A stretch of 59,721 nucleotides of DNA, the filler included, from Sphacelaria rigidula (taxonomy: Eukaryota), in NCBI GenBank assembly GCA_964200075.2. It is 10 parts of 10 records of this genome, joined end to end, with 100 filler letters (N's around TTAATTAATTAA, not from the genome) between each part and the next. Parts side by side here need not be neighbours in the genome. Positions count along the whole stretch, not along the records: positions 35,894 to 41,775 come from CAXNAA020023754.1; positions 41,876 to 47,757 come from CAXNAA020023755.1; positions 47,858 to 53,739 come from CAXNAA020023756.1; 7 more parts are not named here. One strand, given 5' to 3'. The notes below the pieces were generated by a model. It worked only from the letters and a program-made list of their open reading frames with translations, ran no database searches and had not been told where the DNA came from. The position numbers and the translations under genes were made by a program. Position 1 is the stretch's first letter. The number at the start of each line of letters is the position of its first letter. Below are positions 37,600 through 50,612 of the stretch, piece after piece.

Positions 37600-37960
37600 A
37601 TACGTTACACGTTCACGTTCACGCTACCTCATCACGTGAAAAGAAATCACGTTCACGCTACGTGATGTATGTCACGTAAAACAAATGAACGTTACGTTAA
37701 CGTTTCATTTGAAAATTTATCGTCATGTTCATCACGTGACACAAAAGTAACGTTACGTTACGTTACATGTAACGTAATATGAATCGTTTCATGTAACGTG
37801 TAACGTGTAACGTGCAGTATAATGTTACGTGAACACGTGCAACATTCGAAGGTAACGTTTCATTCTGTGCATATCTCGGCTCACTCACCAGTGTTTGAGG
37901 CGTTTCAACGTGTCGTGTAACGCGTGACGTCACCGCGTACGTGACGCTGACGGTGGCCCG
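37600..37960. repeat. ACGT-rich degenerate short-repeat tract
   Basis: Dense ACGTTAC/CACGTG/GTAACGT units whose orientation flips around 37750-37790. Confidence 0.65.
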
Positions 37961-38847
37961 TCGTATGTTCGAGCGTAGGCGCATTATCTGATTGTGTATC
38001 ATCACTTTCTCTCCCGCGTATCGTTTATTCGTTTTTGACTGTATTATTTTCATATCTCCCCTTTTCCTTTCATGTTTTTGTCGCTACCCTTCAATTTTCA
38101 ATTTCCGAATGCTCGGTCATTCGCACGACAGCACATACTGTACACAACAACGGTTCGTGAACATGATTGAACGCCGGCTTGCGTCGGTCGTCTTGGCATT
38201 TCGCAGATAGAACTATATTGGGTACCCTTTTTTATACGTATTGTTTCACGTATTAACCCTCTTGGGACCGGGCCTCCAGAACGACAAAAGAGGCTGGCTA
38301 GGAATGACGTGTCTGGCGTGTGCACGAAACAGTGGCGTGTGGCTGAAAATCCACATATATAACCGCAGGGTTATGGCGAAGACCGAAACTTTCATCCAAT
38401 CTATTTTAAGGTGCAGGGTGCGCATTAGGTAAGGTACAACTGATGTAGCAAGCAGTATGGGTCGCGGTAGAGAGCTTCCAACAGGATGCGGCGACCCCCG
38501 TGCGGGAAGCGGTCCATGTTCCGACCGTAACAATGCCCACCCATCTTGCGCGTGATCGTGGCCCTGCTGGAAATCCGTGGTTCGGTTGCGGTTGTTACCA
38601 CCATGCATATTCACTGCCCATTTTGCGTTTGTCTTAGACAGGGAAGGCGGTCGATTTTTTGTGATAATCAAGTTGTGACCCGTTATAAATTATTATTATC
38701 ACAATCATTGTAATCCTCAATTTTCCCTCGTCTTGTTAAAGCGGGACATGAAAACCAGCTTCCGGTCTTGTCTCTGCACTCATGCGCAAGCAAGGGAACA
38801 CTACCATGTCACCCTCTTTCGTAGATGCCGTAATGCACTGAATTGTA

Positions 38848-39325
38848 CGAGCTGGGCCGGCCTAGACGCGGACTTGAGCTCTCAAAGCAGTATCTCGTCA
38901 ACACATTCGAGTCGGGCCGTGATGCGCCTATCGTATTCATTTTGTGATCGGGAGAAAGGTGCCCATCTGCCAGAAAGGGACATTTTTTCTCGTTGATTGA
39001 ACCCCATGTCTAGTAATTCCTGTAGCGTAGGGAGATAGCGTCCATACCAAAGTCTATACGACCCCGAACGATGTATACAGCGGACGATGACTATTTTTGC
39101 TGTGGACATTCCCTGGAGCACGGGGAAACGATCGATACCCTCACCTTTGCCTGATTCGTCATCTATCTCGAGATATGGCGCACAATATATTCCTTACTAA
39201 AATCAATATATTACGAGCGGAGGCATTAAATGCACTGAATCTGGATATCGCGTCTCAGTTTTCGAGAGTTGTGCTTGGAAATTGTATATGGAGAACCGCT
39301 ATGGAAAAATAAACAGAAAAATCTG
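38848..39325 (+). mobile_element. MITE family M2 copy
   Basis: TA|CGAGCTGGGCCGG start; inverted similarity to 18045-18527. Confidence 0.65.
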
Positions 39326-39769
39326 TTTTCTTGCTTTTCCTTTTTTTCAAGACATTTTCAAGGGAAAGTGAACAATACTCTCGGATCTCATCTCCGTTTT
39401 CAGCATAACTTTCGAGTTGTGATTTGAGATATATCATGGAGAATCGCAAAGGGATGCTGAAGGGGAAAAAAGAGGATCTCTGATTTTTTTGTGGAGAGGT
39501 ATGGGCATTGTCGTGAAAATATGGTATTTACCAGACTAAAACGTCTTGAATACGTGAAAAAACAGTACAAGATTCAGCCTTTTCCACTTTTGTTGTTTAC
39601 CATGGCCTATCGAAGTCCCACGCAAAGTTGCAAAACACAAGTGCCAAACCTCGGCCGGTAAATGGCCTGGAAAATATAGTGCCGAATTTCGCCCGGCTCG
39701 GTTTCCACATCGCACCGCCTCACCTCAATTTGAGAGTTTGACTTTCAAATTTGGTACGGAGAACAAACT

Positions 39770-40190
39770 CGAGCTGGGCCAGCAGTAAATTCCGCATTTA
39801 AATGCCATACCATAACCTATCATGTTTACCAAATCAGCCCGACTTGAGTATATCAGTGTGACCTGTAGACCAACCTAGTATCGCACGGCAATGATGAAAC
39901 AAATATATAAAAATGTGCTTCATAATGTGTGACCTTACAGACGGAACAGAAAAAAGCGATCTGTTGGGATTCGAATCGTGATCTCCATCACTGGAGTCCT
40001 CTGTATCACGTGGATTCAAGGGGCGCAGCGGTGTCACACAAAAAGTGCCATGCTGCGCCCAATTTGAGGTATTTTTGGCCGGAAATGCACCAGGGTCTCC
40101 TGCACACAAGTAAGCGCAACAACCCGACGGATGCCAACGTATTTCTTTAGTTTCGCGGAGTTACAGCACTTTTCAAGTTCTTTCAGAAAC
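39770..40190 (+). mobile_element. MITE family M1, 3'-truncated copy
   Basis: Colinear with 4310-4740. Confidence 0.75.
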
Positions 40191-42064
40191 TTCAAATCGC
40201 TACGAGTAACTACGGTGTTTGCGAAGACCAAATTCGGGTCAGGACTTGGACTTTGGAACTCCCCCGAAGTCCAAAGTCAGTCCAAAGTCCGATGGTTGCA
40301 TTTCGCTCGGTTTGGACTTTCATTACGAGACGCTATTGGCCAACAGGCGTGACGTGTAACGTGTAACCGTCCTCCCGACAACACACACAACACCAGCCAC
40401 CTCGCTGCCTGCGCAAACACCAGAGCACACGCCCAGAACATTGCGGATGAACGGGTGATGGTGTGGCAGTGGATTTCTCGAAGCCAGCACAGCAACATAT
40501 GCGCAAAGAAATAGTATGTTGGGCACAACTTGACACAGACAGCCATTGGTGTGACGTGTATCCGGTCTGCACAGAAGTTGTTGCAGACTACAGTAGGAGA
40601 CTCATTTTGATCACAAGTTTGCACAAGTCATGAATCACATGGGCACCTGACCCCTCTTGTGTTGCCAACATAGCTTCACACTGTAGTGTTGTTGTGGAAC
40701 ACTAAGCAGAGACACAAGCAGCGTGCAGTAGACTGTGTTCCGTGCAAAACGATGCACGCTCACCGTTCCTTGCCGCTGAGTCAAGCGACGATACACCGTA
40801 AGCTACAAGAATCTGATACGTACTGCCTTCTTTTTTTTTTGTCCCCAGAGGACAGGAAGGAACCTTTTATTCATGCACTTTGCTATTGCTAGTTTCGTGC
40901 AGCGCTTCGAGTATGCCTTTGTCCGTGCTCGAGCGCGGGTGGGTGTAATTCGTGAGGGTTTCTCCCGTTGTATCTTCTCTAGATCTGCGCAGCGTTCAGG
41001 TACACTCGAGGTGACAGACAGCAGGTCGTGATGTGAACTGTATGATTATCCGTGTTCAGTCCCGAACAAAGTATGATTCCTCCAAGGGGCGATAAATACC
41101 GAACTTAGATCCCACCCCACTTATTTTCAGACCGAAACACAGCATGCAGCAGTACAACTGCCCAGGCACTCTCCAGCGCACATCGCACCGTGATCGTCGT
41201 AGAGTGTCCAGATGCTCAACAGCACAGCGAGAACTACAGCACACAAATGATGAGTTTGGGAAGCGCCTTGTTCGTTTGACTCAAGACGAGATAGCTCACA
41301 CGCAGTGGAGGTTTCAACGGTGTAGAGGGCACTGGGTGCCGACAGCACTATTTCTCGAAGAGACAAACGCCATGGCAGCACTAAAGCTCCTCAGGCCGTC
41401 AGTCCAAGCAGAGACCAAACCGTCTTCAGAAAGGCCTGCAGACACCACAGCGCAGCTACAGCTGCAGCACAAGAGACAGCGCATGAGTGTGTCTGTGCTG
41501 CAGCACAGTGATACAGGACATGTCCCATGCGATGGGTGTTCCCCTGATTTCGGATGGGCCATATTGGTGCTTCGCGCGAAACTAATTTATGTTCACTATG
41601 GGTTGTCCCGATCTGTGGGAGGTAAGCCGATAATTAGCTGACTGGAGCACAGCCAACAGACAGTACTGACTGTACACAACAGCGATTAGCACGAACAACG
41701 TGAAACCGCAGTGTGTCAACACAGCGGCGATTTTGTTTTTCCTTGATGGAAGGAGGAAACCCAACCCAACACTTANNNNNNNNNNNNNNNNNNNNNNNNN
41801 NNNNNNNNNNNNNNNNNNNTTAATTAATTAANNNNNNNNNNNNNNNNNNNNNNNNNNNNNNNNNNNNNNNNNNNNCTTTATTCTGTGGTATCGCCACTTC
41901 CAGAGGCAGCCATGGCTTTTACACTGCCTCACGAGTGTCTAACCAGAAAAACATGAAGGGAAGGAGAACGAAGGGAGCAGCAATATAACCGGACAAAACA
42001 GGTTCACGCGTGTGCATTTGGACAGGGTATCACGTGTCAGGGACAGCCAGGTATATATTCATGA

Positions 42065-42437
42065 ACTCCCAAGGGAATTCTGGCTCCATGTCAACCTGTT
42101 CGAGCAACACAGGGGAAAATCCTGGCCACCTGTCAACCTGTTCGGACAGCATGGGAATTCCTGGATGCCTGCCGACCTGTTCGAAATCACATGGGAAATC
42201 CTGATGCCTGTCAACCTGTTCGCATGCACGTGGGAAACTCCTGGCCACCTGTCAACCTGTTTGAACGCGCATGGGAAACGCCTGGCCCCCTGTCAACCTG
42301 TTCAAAAACACATGGGAAATCCTGGATCCGTGGCAAGCTGTTCGAACACGCATGGGAAACTCCTGGCCACCTGCCTACCTGTTCGAAAACACATGCGAAA
42401 TCCTACCTCCCCTGTCAACCTGTTCGAACAATCATGG
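42065..42437 (+). repeat. Minisatellite, about 40-bp unit, about 9 copies
   Basis: Consensus CATGGGAAAYTCCTGGCCACCTGTCAACCTGTTCGAACACG, head-to-tail with no unique spacers. Confidence 0.9.
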
Positions 42438-42609
42438 TCTTGACATCTTGAGCCTTCGTCCTCGCCCGTTTTCCTGTATGCAATCAAATCCTGCTTGTTG
42501 GCTGTATGGTGCAAGCATATATATATATATATATATATGTATGTGGTTCATACAACTTTAACCAACTCTCCGTTTGTTTTACGCATGCATAGCTTGCACA
42601 CACTTTTTG

Positions 42610-43475
42610 AAGATATCTACCAAGGGCGCAAACGATCAAACAGGGGAACCACGTAGAGGTTACATCCATTTTTCATGACAAATCAAGCATTTAGAGCATT
42701 ACTGGTTCGCCCCCCCTGGCCAGAGGGTAGGGTAAATACTCCATGTTTCGTTCATTCGAGCCTCGCCATTTCCGTTCACGGCTAATCGGTTTACATATTA
42801 CCGTGCCTAATAGCATGTATGCAGACAGTATGACATTACGGTTCGACAAACAGATTTCCGTGCATTGGCGGACGGCAGCGTAACAATGCCATTCTCTATC
42901 AGTTGCATACACGGTCATGTACGAGGTGCGGTTACTAGGTGCACACGGAAACAATCATCCATGTATTGAAAGTCGTGAAGTAAAGTCAACGCACATGATG
43001 GGGTCTGATTTCTTCAAAATCGGAGTAGACATCACATAGCACCGAAGTTCTCGAGCATATATGACTCGCCCATACCCTTTGGAGCTATCCACCAAGGGCA
43101 AAACTATCAATCAGGGGGAACCACGTTGAAGTGACATTCAATTTCCATGACGATAACACACATTTTACGTATCAATGATCTGCTCCCCCCCTGACCGGGG
43201 TAGCTCCGTCTCGAAAGGGATGCGTGGTCAATGGTCAAACGACTAAGGCAAGCAACAAATGAGTACGCCCCTGACCGGGGTAGGGTAAATACCTCATGTT
43301 GATTCAAGCTTCGCAATTTCCATTCACGACGAATCGGCTCACATGGTATCGTGTCTTGTAGCATGTATGCACAACCAGTATGGTATTACGGCCACACAAG
43401 CAGTTTCGTGAATTCGCGAAGCATATAGTAAAATTACATTCTTTCACCGTTGCATACGTAGTCATGCATGAGATA
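42610..43475. repeat. Old tandem duplication (period about 470 bp)
   Basis: 42610-42930 aligns to 43082-43475 (CCAAGGGC, GGGGAACCACGT, GGGTAGGGTAAATAC, TAGCATGTATGCA, GTTGCATAC); the second unit carries a family A insertion. Confidence 0.75.
43204..43267 (+). mobile_element. Family A element with a 16-bp target-site duplication
   Basis: CCCCTGACCGGGGTAG at 43188-43203 and 43268-43283 flanks a 64-bp insert. Confidence 0.9.
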
Positions 43476-46400
43476 CTCGAGCAAGTGGTTCGCGTTCCTA
43501 AAAGTATATATATTATGCTGTATGTACTCGGTACTTATTGTAGCCGACAACATCTCGATAGCTCCTGTGTATTTCTTCCACAGGCAGTTTGTTAACTCCC
43601 ATCTGCTGGTTGATATCGCGTTTAGTAGTTTCACTCAGGCGACACGGCCATCACTACCTCATGTTTCCCTACAGTATATAGACTCGAATAAACAGTACAC
43701 GGCAGAGGTTCTTCCGCATGCATAGTCCGATATTTGATATTCGATGGTGATTCAGAACAGTTTTGTTCCCACAGTGAAAGCACACTACTCATGCACTGTT
43801 AGACTGAGTACAAGGTCAACGATTTTATCGAGGAGATGGTGCAGGCCGTAAACGGTCAGTACCGTCATCCCATATAGCCATATTGTAACAGCACCACAAT
43901 AAATAAAACTGTATCATGTGGTAAAACTGAAGGGTGACATCCAACCCAATGTTCGGAGGCACAAGCGATTTTTTTCATCCAGCGGGTCTTGTCGAGTTTG
44001 AGTATATGTGGAGCAGGATAGCGTGGTTCCATTTCAGCTGTATCAAACTGCAAAATCGTTTTGTGTTGCTCCTTTCAGCTGCATCACACAGCAGAAAGCA
44101 CACAGCAGCTGTTGCATGGAATTATTTAGCAAAGCAGTGTGGAGAGTCATGCAATCCTAGTATCCACCGTGACTCTACTCAATCAGGTCTACACGACAAT
44201 ATTTAACCTGTCACGGCTATGAAGCAAGCATGGCGTTGTGTCATCACACGGCGAAATCAGAGCCTACAGTAAAACTGAGCAGCTGCGTTACATAGCAGAA
44301 CTCGGGCGTACAGCAGTTATGGCATCCAAGAATACAGCAAAGCGGTGTAGATAATCATTTCATCTTGGCGTCAACCGTGATGTTGTGTATAAAGCAAGCA
44401 TCAAGCTGTCTCATCTCACAGCTCCTCGCACGATCGGCTTTCACATTTCGATCCTGTGCACTCACCCGTGAGGATAAGTTTTTATTTCAAGGCGTAAGGG
44501 AGATCACACCGCTTCAACTTTTTCATTGCTGTTCGCGAAATATTTGACCTGCCACCGCGTGTAAGCAAGCATAGCATAACATGGTCTTTGACGTGGTCGC
44601 AGGTGATACCCCCCCCAGCTTCAAGTAACATCATGTTTCCCTGTATACGCCTTCGTGCGCTTCACTCATTATCTGTTTGGCGGTTCGCTTCTCGGTTACA
44701 ACGTGTCAAGGCAAAAACAAGGTTGGATAGCAGCAGATTGATGATAGTACTTGGGCGGGGGATTGCACTTCAAAATACCTGCTATCCTGTTGAATGCATA
44801 TACATATGGCACCGCTGTCATGCAACATGCATCCCAAGCATCACTATGCAAAAACCAAAACATATGGCGACAGCGGCGTCAGATGTGAACGAGTCCAACG
44901 TTACTCCGTCCAGCGGCAACGCCTAGAGCTTAAACTTGAAGCAGTGGGGTTGAACAACGAATAATCACGTTGGGAGCAAGCAAATGCGGGACGACTGACG
45001 GAAGCAGGAAGTACGCAAGCATTGGTGCAATGCGAAATCCAGCAGTAGTACAGTACAGTACAACACACTACAGTCGCTCATCATCAGCTGTCCACTGCAA
45101 CACACAAATTTTCATGTCGCGAAAAATCTCAAAATACTCCGCATTTATATAGTGAAATGTAGGGGAAGTGCTTCAATTTGGCTCAACAGTCAAGTCCATT
45201 GGTATTGAGCAACATCAGGTAATATCTCGCCGAACAGTAAGGCCCGATTGATGTAGGATAATGGTGAGGGTTAACTGGTAGCATTCAAATGACAACAGTA
45301 CCGCATCAGGTTACAGGAAGATGGGTACCAGCCTCGTTTGTACACTGTGCAAGTATTGAGCAAATTCATGTTTCGTGATAGGATGCACACAGCAGACGGC
45401 CTGCTGTCATACAAATTCAACAGCAATAGACAGTACAGAAGTACATCAAAATTTTGATTCAAACAGCATGGTGTAGGATATCTCCGATTTTTGACAGGGC
45501 ACAGCAAGCTCCAAATCAAGCGTTATCCACACGGTATCCAGTAAGCCGTGAAATCAATCCAAGCAGGTAGCACGATGACATCAGCATGAACTCTTCATTA
45601 TTTTTCCTTCCCTTGGTTTGTAGTTTGTCATGACAAAAAGGGAGGTTGGCTGACCACATCGCCGGATTCGTCGGCGTCTCATGCATGAAGTCAGCGATAT
45701 AGTCAGCGCGGCCGATTCAATGACCCGCAGTTATGCAATAATATGTGCAGACTATATGGGTATTCATGTTGACTGTGCGTTATGAAGTATAAACACCACC
45801 CGAGCTGTTACATCTTGAAGTTCAAGTTATGTCCTTGCTAAAACAATCTGGCACAGTGATGAAAGCTAGATTGCACTGTGTTTTTCTTATTTCATATGAA
45901 GGACCGAATCTCTCAGCCGCTGTTACGAACATCGTTTTGCATTGTGGTACCGACCCGAAGGTGTGACTAGCGCAGATGATATGATACGACACAATAGTCC
46001 CGGTTGGAAGCGCTATGATACTAACAGAATAGTGTTGGCCATAGTGGTCGTCCACATGCATGTCTCTACTGTACAAGTCGAGTACTAGAGCGAACAACAA
46101 TAGCATTTCGATCATGCAAGTTACGATGTCTCGCCAGCTCATGCATGATATGACTTACTTCTACTACAGGGTTACACATTTCACCATTCTATTTGTGCAC
46201 AAAGTTCGTTTTACTATCATGCCGATCTTCTTGCATCTATCTGCTCGTTGTCTGAATCAACCTCGTTGCAGTCTCACCGTTATGCCTGAAACAAGAGCAA
46301 GCTCTCAGCACGTGGGAAAGTCCAATGCAGAACGATACACGACGAACGTCACGATATCTTGATCACCGCTTCAGGTCGATTCGATTTATTTTTCCACTTG

Positions 46401-47705
46401 GTGGGATTTACCTCAGCACTCAAAAGAGAGTGAACCCCAGGGTGCCGGCTGGATCGATTCTTGTAAAGAACCGGATCTAACCAGATGTAAAGAAGCATGT
46501 TTATGTATGCCGTCTTTTGGCGGATTACACCGCCTTCACCCCTGATCACGGTACTAGCCAGTTCCCGCAATCATCCCTCCGGGCGTAGTGCCGTTTTGAA
46601 ACCGACGGCCCATCATCGTACTATCTCCATTCACCCCGACACGCGGCGATCCGTAACACCCCCCCTCAGTCCTAGGATTGAAAAACCCTGGGACTGAACG
46701 TGGTTCACACGATGGATCGCCGCGTTACCATGTCCCTCTTCCCGAGTATTCGGCGTCTTGGTGTAGCCGTCGATCTTGATAACCATTCTGCTGGGTTAGA
46801 CCGCGTGGGCACTTCAACACCGTGCAGGAACGATTCTATCCCGCCCGGGGGGGTCCGTTGTCTTGTAGACCGCTCTGCCGGCTTAGACCACGTAGGGAAT
46901 TTAAACACCGTGCAGAAACGATCTCATCCATTCCGGAGAAGTCCTTGATTTTGTTGACCGCCGTCTTCCGTGGGATACAGCAGCCGCTGTAGCGTAGCAT
47001 CGTCCTGTCACGCCACTCCAAGGCTTTTCCACACTTCATTCGATGCTGCCAGTTCGCTCCGACCAGGCAACCTTACTGTCGAGTCGTCACCAAGCGCTCT
47101 TGGCTTGACAGCACGGAAGAATTTCAAAGTTGCTGAATCTCCTTAGTTGGTGAGGTGGTCGGTGTCAACAGCTCCGAGTTTCGGGGGACTGTTAGACACA
47201 CACCGGACTCACGGCGCCTACGGCGAAGGCCGCAATCTCAATCGCCCTTTGAAAGATAACGTGTTCTTGTTTTTCCTGAAGAAACTCGCTGCCGGAATAA
47301 ATGCATACGGTAATCCATGGACCACCCGGACCCATACGTTTATTAACCTATCCTTTGTGCGAAAAATAATAGGAAATGCCGCTGATCCTAGAATTTTCAG
47401 CTAAGATATCTTACTGTTACTAGGGTCAGCGGACCTCAAAATTCCTGCTCCCTGCCGTTGCAACTTATTTGCTATATTACCCCACGTCACCAACAACCTT
47501 CACCACTGTTTCGATGCATAGCTTCCCCCCCCTGCCCCGGTGGCCAGTAACACTGTTACTGGTGAGCGGTGGCTGCTCTAGCTGTGGTGCCAAACTTCAA
47601 CTTGTACCCACAGCTGCTGTGCATCGTTCCTACTCGCTTCGGCTAAAATGGCATTCGCGCTTCACCAGTATAACGATAGCGAACAAAAACATAAAGGGGA
47701 GGGGT

Positions 47706-47757
47706 GTACTCATGATCATGCATGCCATAGTCATCAGACCATTGACCTCGCATCCCT
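47706..47757 (-). mobile_element. Family B retroelement 3' end
   Basis: AGGGATGCGAGGTCAATGGTCTGATGACTATGGCATGCATGATCATGAGTAC then ACCCCTCCCC on the minus strand. Confidence 0.8.
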
Positions 47758-48361
47758 NNNNNNNNNNNNNNNNNNNNNNNNNNNNNNNNNNNNNNNNNNN
47801 NTTAATTAATTAANNNNNNNNNNNNNNNNNNNNNNNNNNNNNNNNNNNNNNNNNNNNTGCAAAAAAAAAATGTTTGTTCACCGTTCCCCCCCCCCCCCCC
47901 CACACACACACACTTTATTTCGTTAAACGCAGGACGAAAAAGATAAGGCACGCACGCTTGCCGGCGCGCGCATGTTCCGAAAGGGATTGAAGGAGGAAGT
48001 ATTCTTCGCGGGTACGGACAAGCTGTTGGCCGGCAGAGACTTCCAACAGTTCAGGTGAGGATAGCAAGGAAGGAAAACCCAGAAAGCAACTTTTCATAAC
48101 CGAAACAGAATACAGCACAACGCAACATGATAGCACACAAGATGGCAAAACAATCGAGCGAACAGACCCCCCTGGTTGATCGTGTCTCGAGCCGTTCGCA
48201 CCTGCTGTGTCGAGAGCTGCGCATCGCGCGCCCTATGTCTCCCTCTCGAGACGGATAGTTCGATATTTTGACTTACTGGGAACTTGGAGGTAACATTGCG
48301 GCTCGGGGTAGGCAAGGGTATATCGAAGTGTCGGAGGTTCCATCTGCGTTGACGCGGTATT

Positions 48362-49453
48362 AGAGAGTTTCGGAAAACGTTTTTTTAAATCTTAGAGTCA
48401 GAGTGGAAGGAAAAATAGCCGGTAACGGTGCACTTTCTGCTGTGAAGTTGTGTTCAGAGCGATTTTTTCAGAGTCAGAGTGCCGTTTGCATCACTTCACT
48501 CTGAAAACCGTTGTTCCTGTTCAGAGCTCATAGCGGAATGAAGAAGAACCACGCCCACCTTCACCGCCATGGTCACGTCCAGTTCAAGGTCAACACACCC
48601 TAACAAGCAAAGTGGGACATTCATCATCCATCAAAACTGGCATACTCATCACAACGGACCATTCACGAAGTAAAAAAGCTTGGCATGGCAATCAGAAGAC
48701 CTGCCTGACGCCGCCATGGTATCAGCATTCGCTTGGTTGTGTTGCGTGAATATTCAAATGCTCGACGGGCACACGTTGCCCTTGGGTGCAGTTCCTCACT
48801 CTTGCCAGCCTCAGCTGTAAGAAGACGGTGTGAGCGATTCGTCTACAACGCACAAACAGTACTCCACCTGGGTACATCGCCATTTCGCCAGAGATCATGA
48901 CTTCTTGCACCACACTTATGGATGGCATGTTGGGAAATCATCACGATGCGGCTCTGTCTGTTGTTTGAAAGTGCTGCCTACTACTGTACTGTTGTGCTGC
49001 TGTATTTCTGTACATCTGACTGTCTGTACGGCATCGCTGTAGTTCGCCGTACCGCGATGTACTGTTGTAGGACTCTGCATTGCACTCTCTATACTGCACT
49101 CGCTGTACTCTACACTGCACAGCCCTACAGCACTACAGTACCCTCTGGTGAACCGTGGTGGTTTGAGGTACTACAGGTGCAATGAAACGTGGTGTACGGA
49201 CGTACGGTGCCGCTGGGTATGGTACAGCAAAATTGACTGGTGCATTTTCGGACTGCATCTGACTGCACGCTGGGCGATAGCACATTTATTTGGCGGGATA
49301 ACCTGCGGCCAATCACTGCGGGGAAAAAAGTCTACATCAAGCCACGTCACATCAGCTTCCGCTATGAACGTTTCAGCATCCACTCTGAAGTTTCAATGCG
49401 TCCACTCTGCACTCTGACTCTATGATCAGAAACAAAATCTTCCGAAACTCTCT
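48362..49453. mobile_element. Non-autonomous TIR element with 3-bp ATT TSD (PIF/Harbinger-group-like)
   Basis: ATT|AGAGAGTTTCGGAA...TTCCGAAACTCTCT|ATT, with subterminal AGAGTCAGAGTG / CACTCTGACTCT repeats. Confidence 0.75.
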
Positions 49454-50308
49454 ATTGTCCAGCTATGGTTCCCAGGTCCTCGTAACGGCCAGATGATGTT
49501 TGGGTTCAGGCTGCATGAAGCGCGTCATATGGGCGACATTGGCGAAAACGAACCAAAGCGTGGGAATCCACAGCTTCTCGATCTGCTGCCCTGAATCCCT
49601 TGGGCCTTTTCCTTTTTTCTTCATCGTTCTGTTGTATTCTATATCATTTGCTCTGTGCTTTCCTCCTCTTTTCCTTTTTTTTTTGTTGTTTTAGGTCGGC
49701 CATTTCTTTCTGTGCTTTGCTTGTTTTGAATTTTTTGAATTTCTTTTTTTCATGTCCCTTTTTTTCTTCAGAGCGTATTTCAGTTCCGTTTTTCTTGGGT
49801 ACGTCTATCATGAGACCACGGCTGGACCCCTGGGGGGTGAGTTAAAGTGCGAGGATCAATCAATTAAAAATCGTTGTGCTCGGCTTGTTCCACTCCAATT
49901 TACGTGAAGATTTCGCCTCCCTAAACCAGGCTTTTTCTGGGGGGGGGGGGGCTATCGTAGAAAGTGTCGCCTATGCTTAACCCAGTACATTTTTGGTCTA
50001 TTGCATCTGTTGACTAGGTTGTGTCCGAGGTGTGAAGAATTCATAGAGCACGGATGTGTCGATTGATTTGAGTGATCGTTTCGTGTTTGGCTCATCCGCC
50101 ACGTATCAGGAGGCGTGGTTACCAGATGGACGTTGTTTCCAAGGCGAATGAAGTGAAAGAATTGACGGGAAACTTGACTGGAAAAGGTATATCACAGAGG
50201 AAAGAGAAAGTACAAAAACACAAGGAAACGGGCAAAAAACAGGGTCAATGGGCGGAGACGACGAACAACGTGTTAGTGAGATTAGAAATTTATTTCTTCT
50301 TCGAAACT

Positions 50309-50612
50309 GGAGGCTTTTCGCTTTTACACCAAGGCATTGTCGAACCGTTCGAAATGGCCGTCACCGCCCTGAAAGCCCGTGATCTGACGGGACGTTCGGC
50401 GCAATCAGATCTGAAACCGGCGATAACTTCCATGAGATACAGCCGAAAATGTTCAGTTCTTTTCCGAGATATCTTCCGTCATAACTCTACGCTGACCACG
50501 TCAAGGTTCATTTTTTTTGCACCAAGATTCCAGTCAGATCACGGACTTTCAGGGGGGTGAACGGCCGTTTCGGACGAGTAGATGGTCTCGGTGTAAATCA
50601 CGAAAAGCCTCC
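50309..50612. mobile_element. Foldback MITE with about 80-bp imperfect arms
   Basis: GGAGGCTTTTCG...CCCTGAAAGCCCGTGATCTGAC vs GTCAGATCACGGACTTTCAGGG...CGAAAAGCCTCC. Confidence 0.7.

Noticed and set aside
42065..42437. CRISPR array
   Set aside because: Units are contiguous degenerate repeats with no unique spacers; eukaryotic context and no cas genes.
47706..47757. Hammerhead ribozyme in family B (CTGATGA)
   Set aside because: The motif varies between copies (CTCATGA, CCTATGA, ATATAA) and no correctly placed GAAA/stem III follows.
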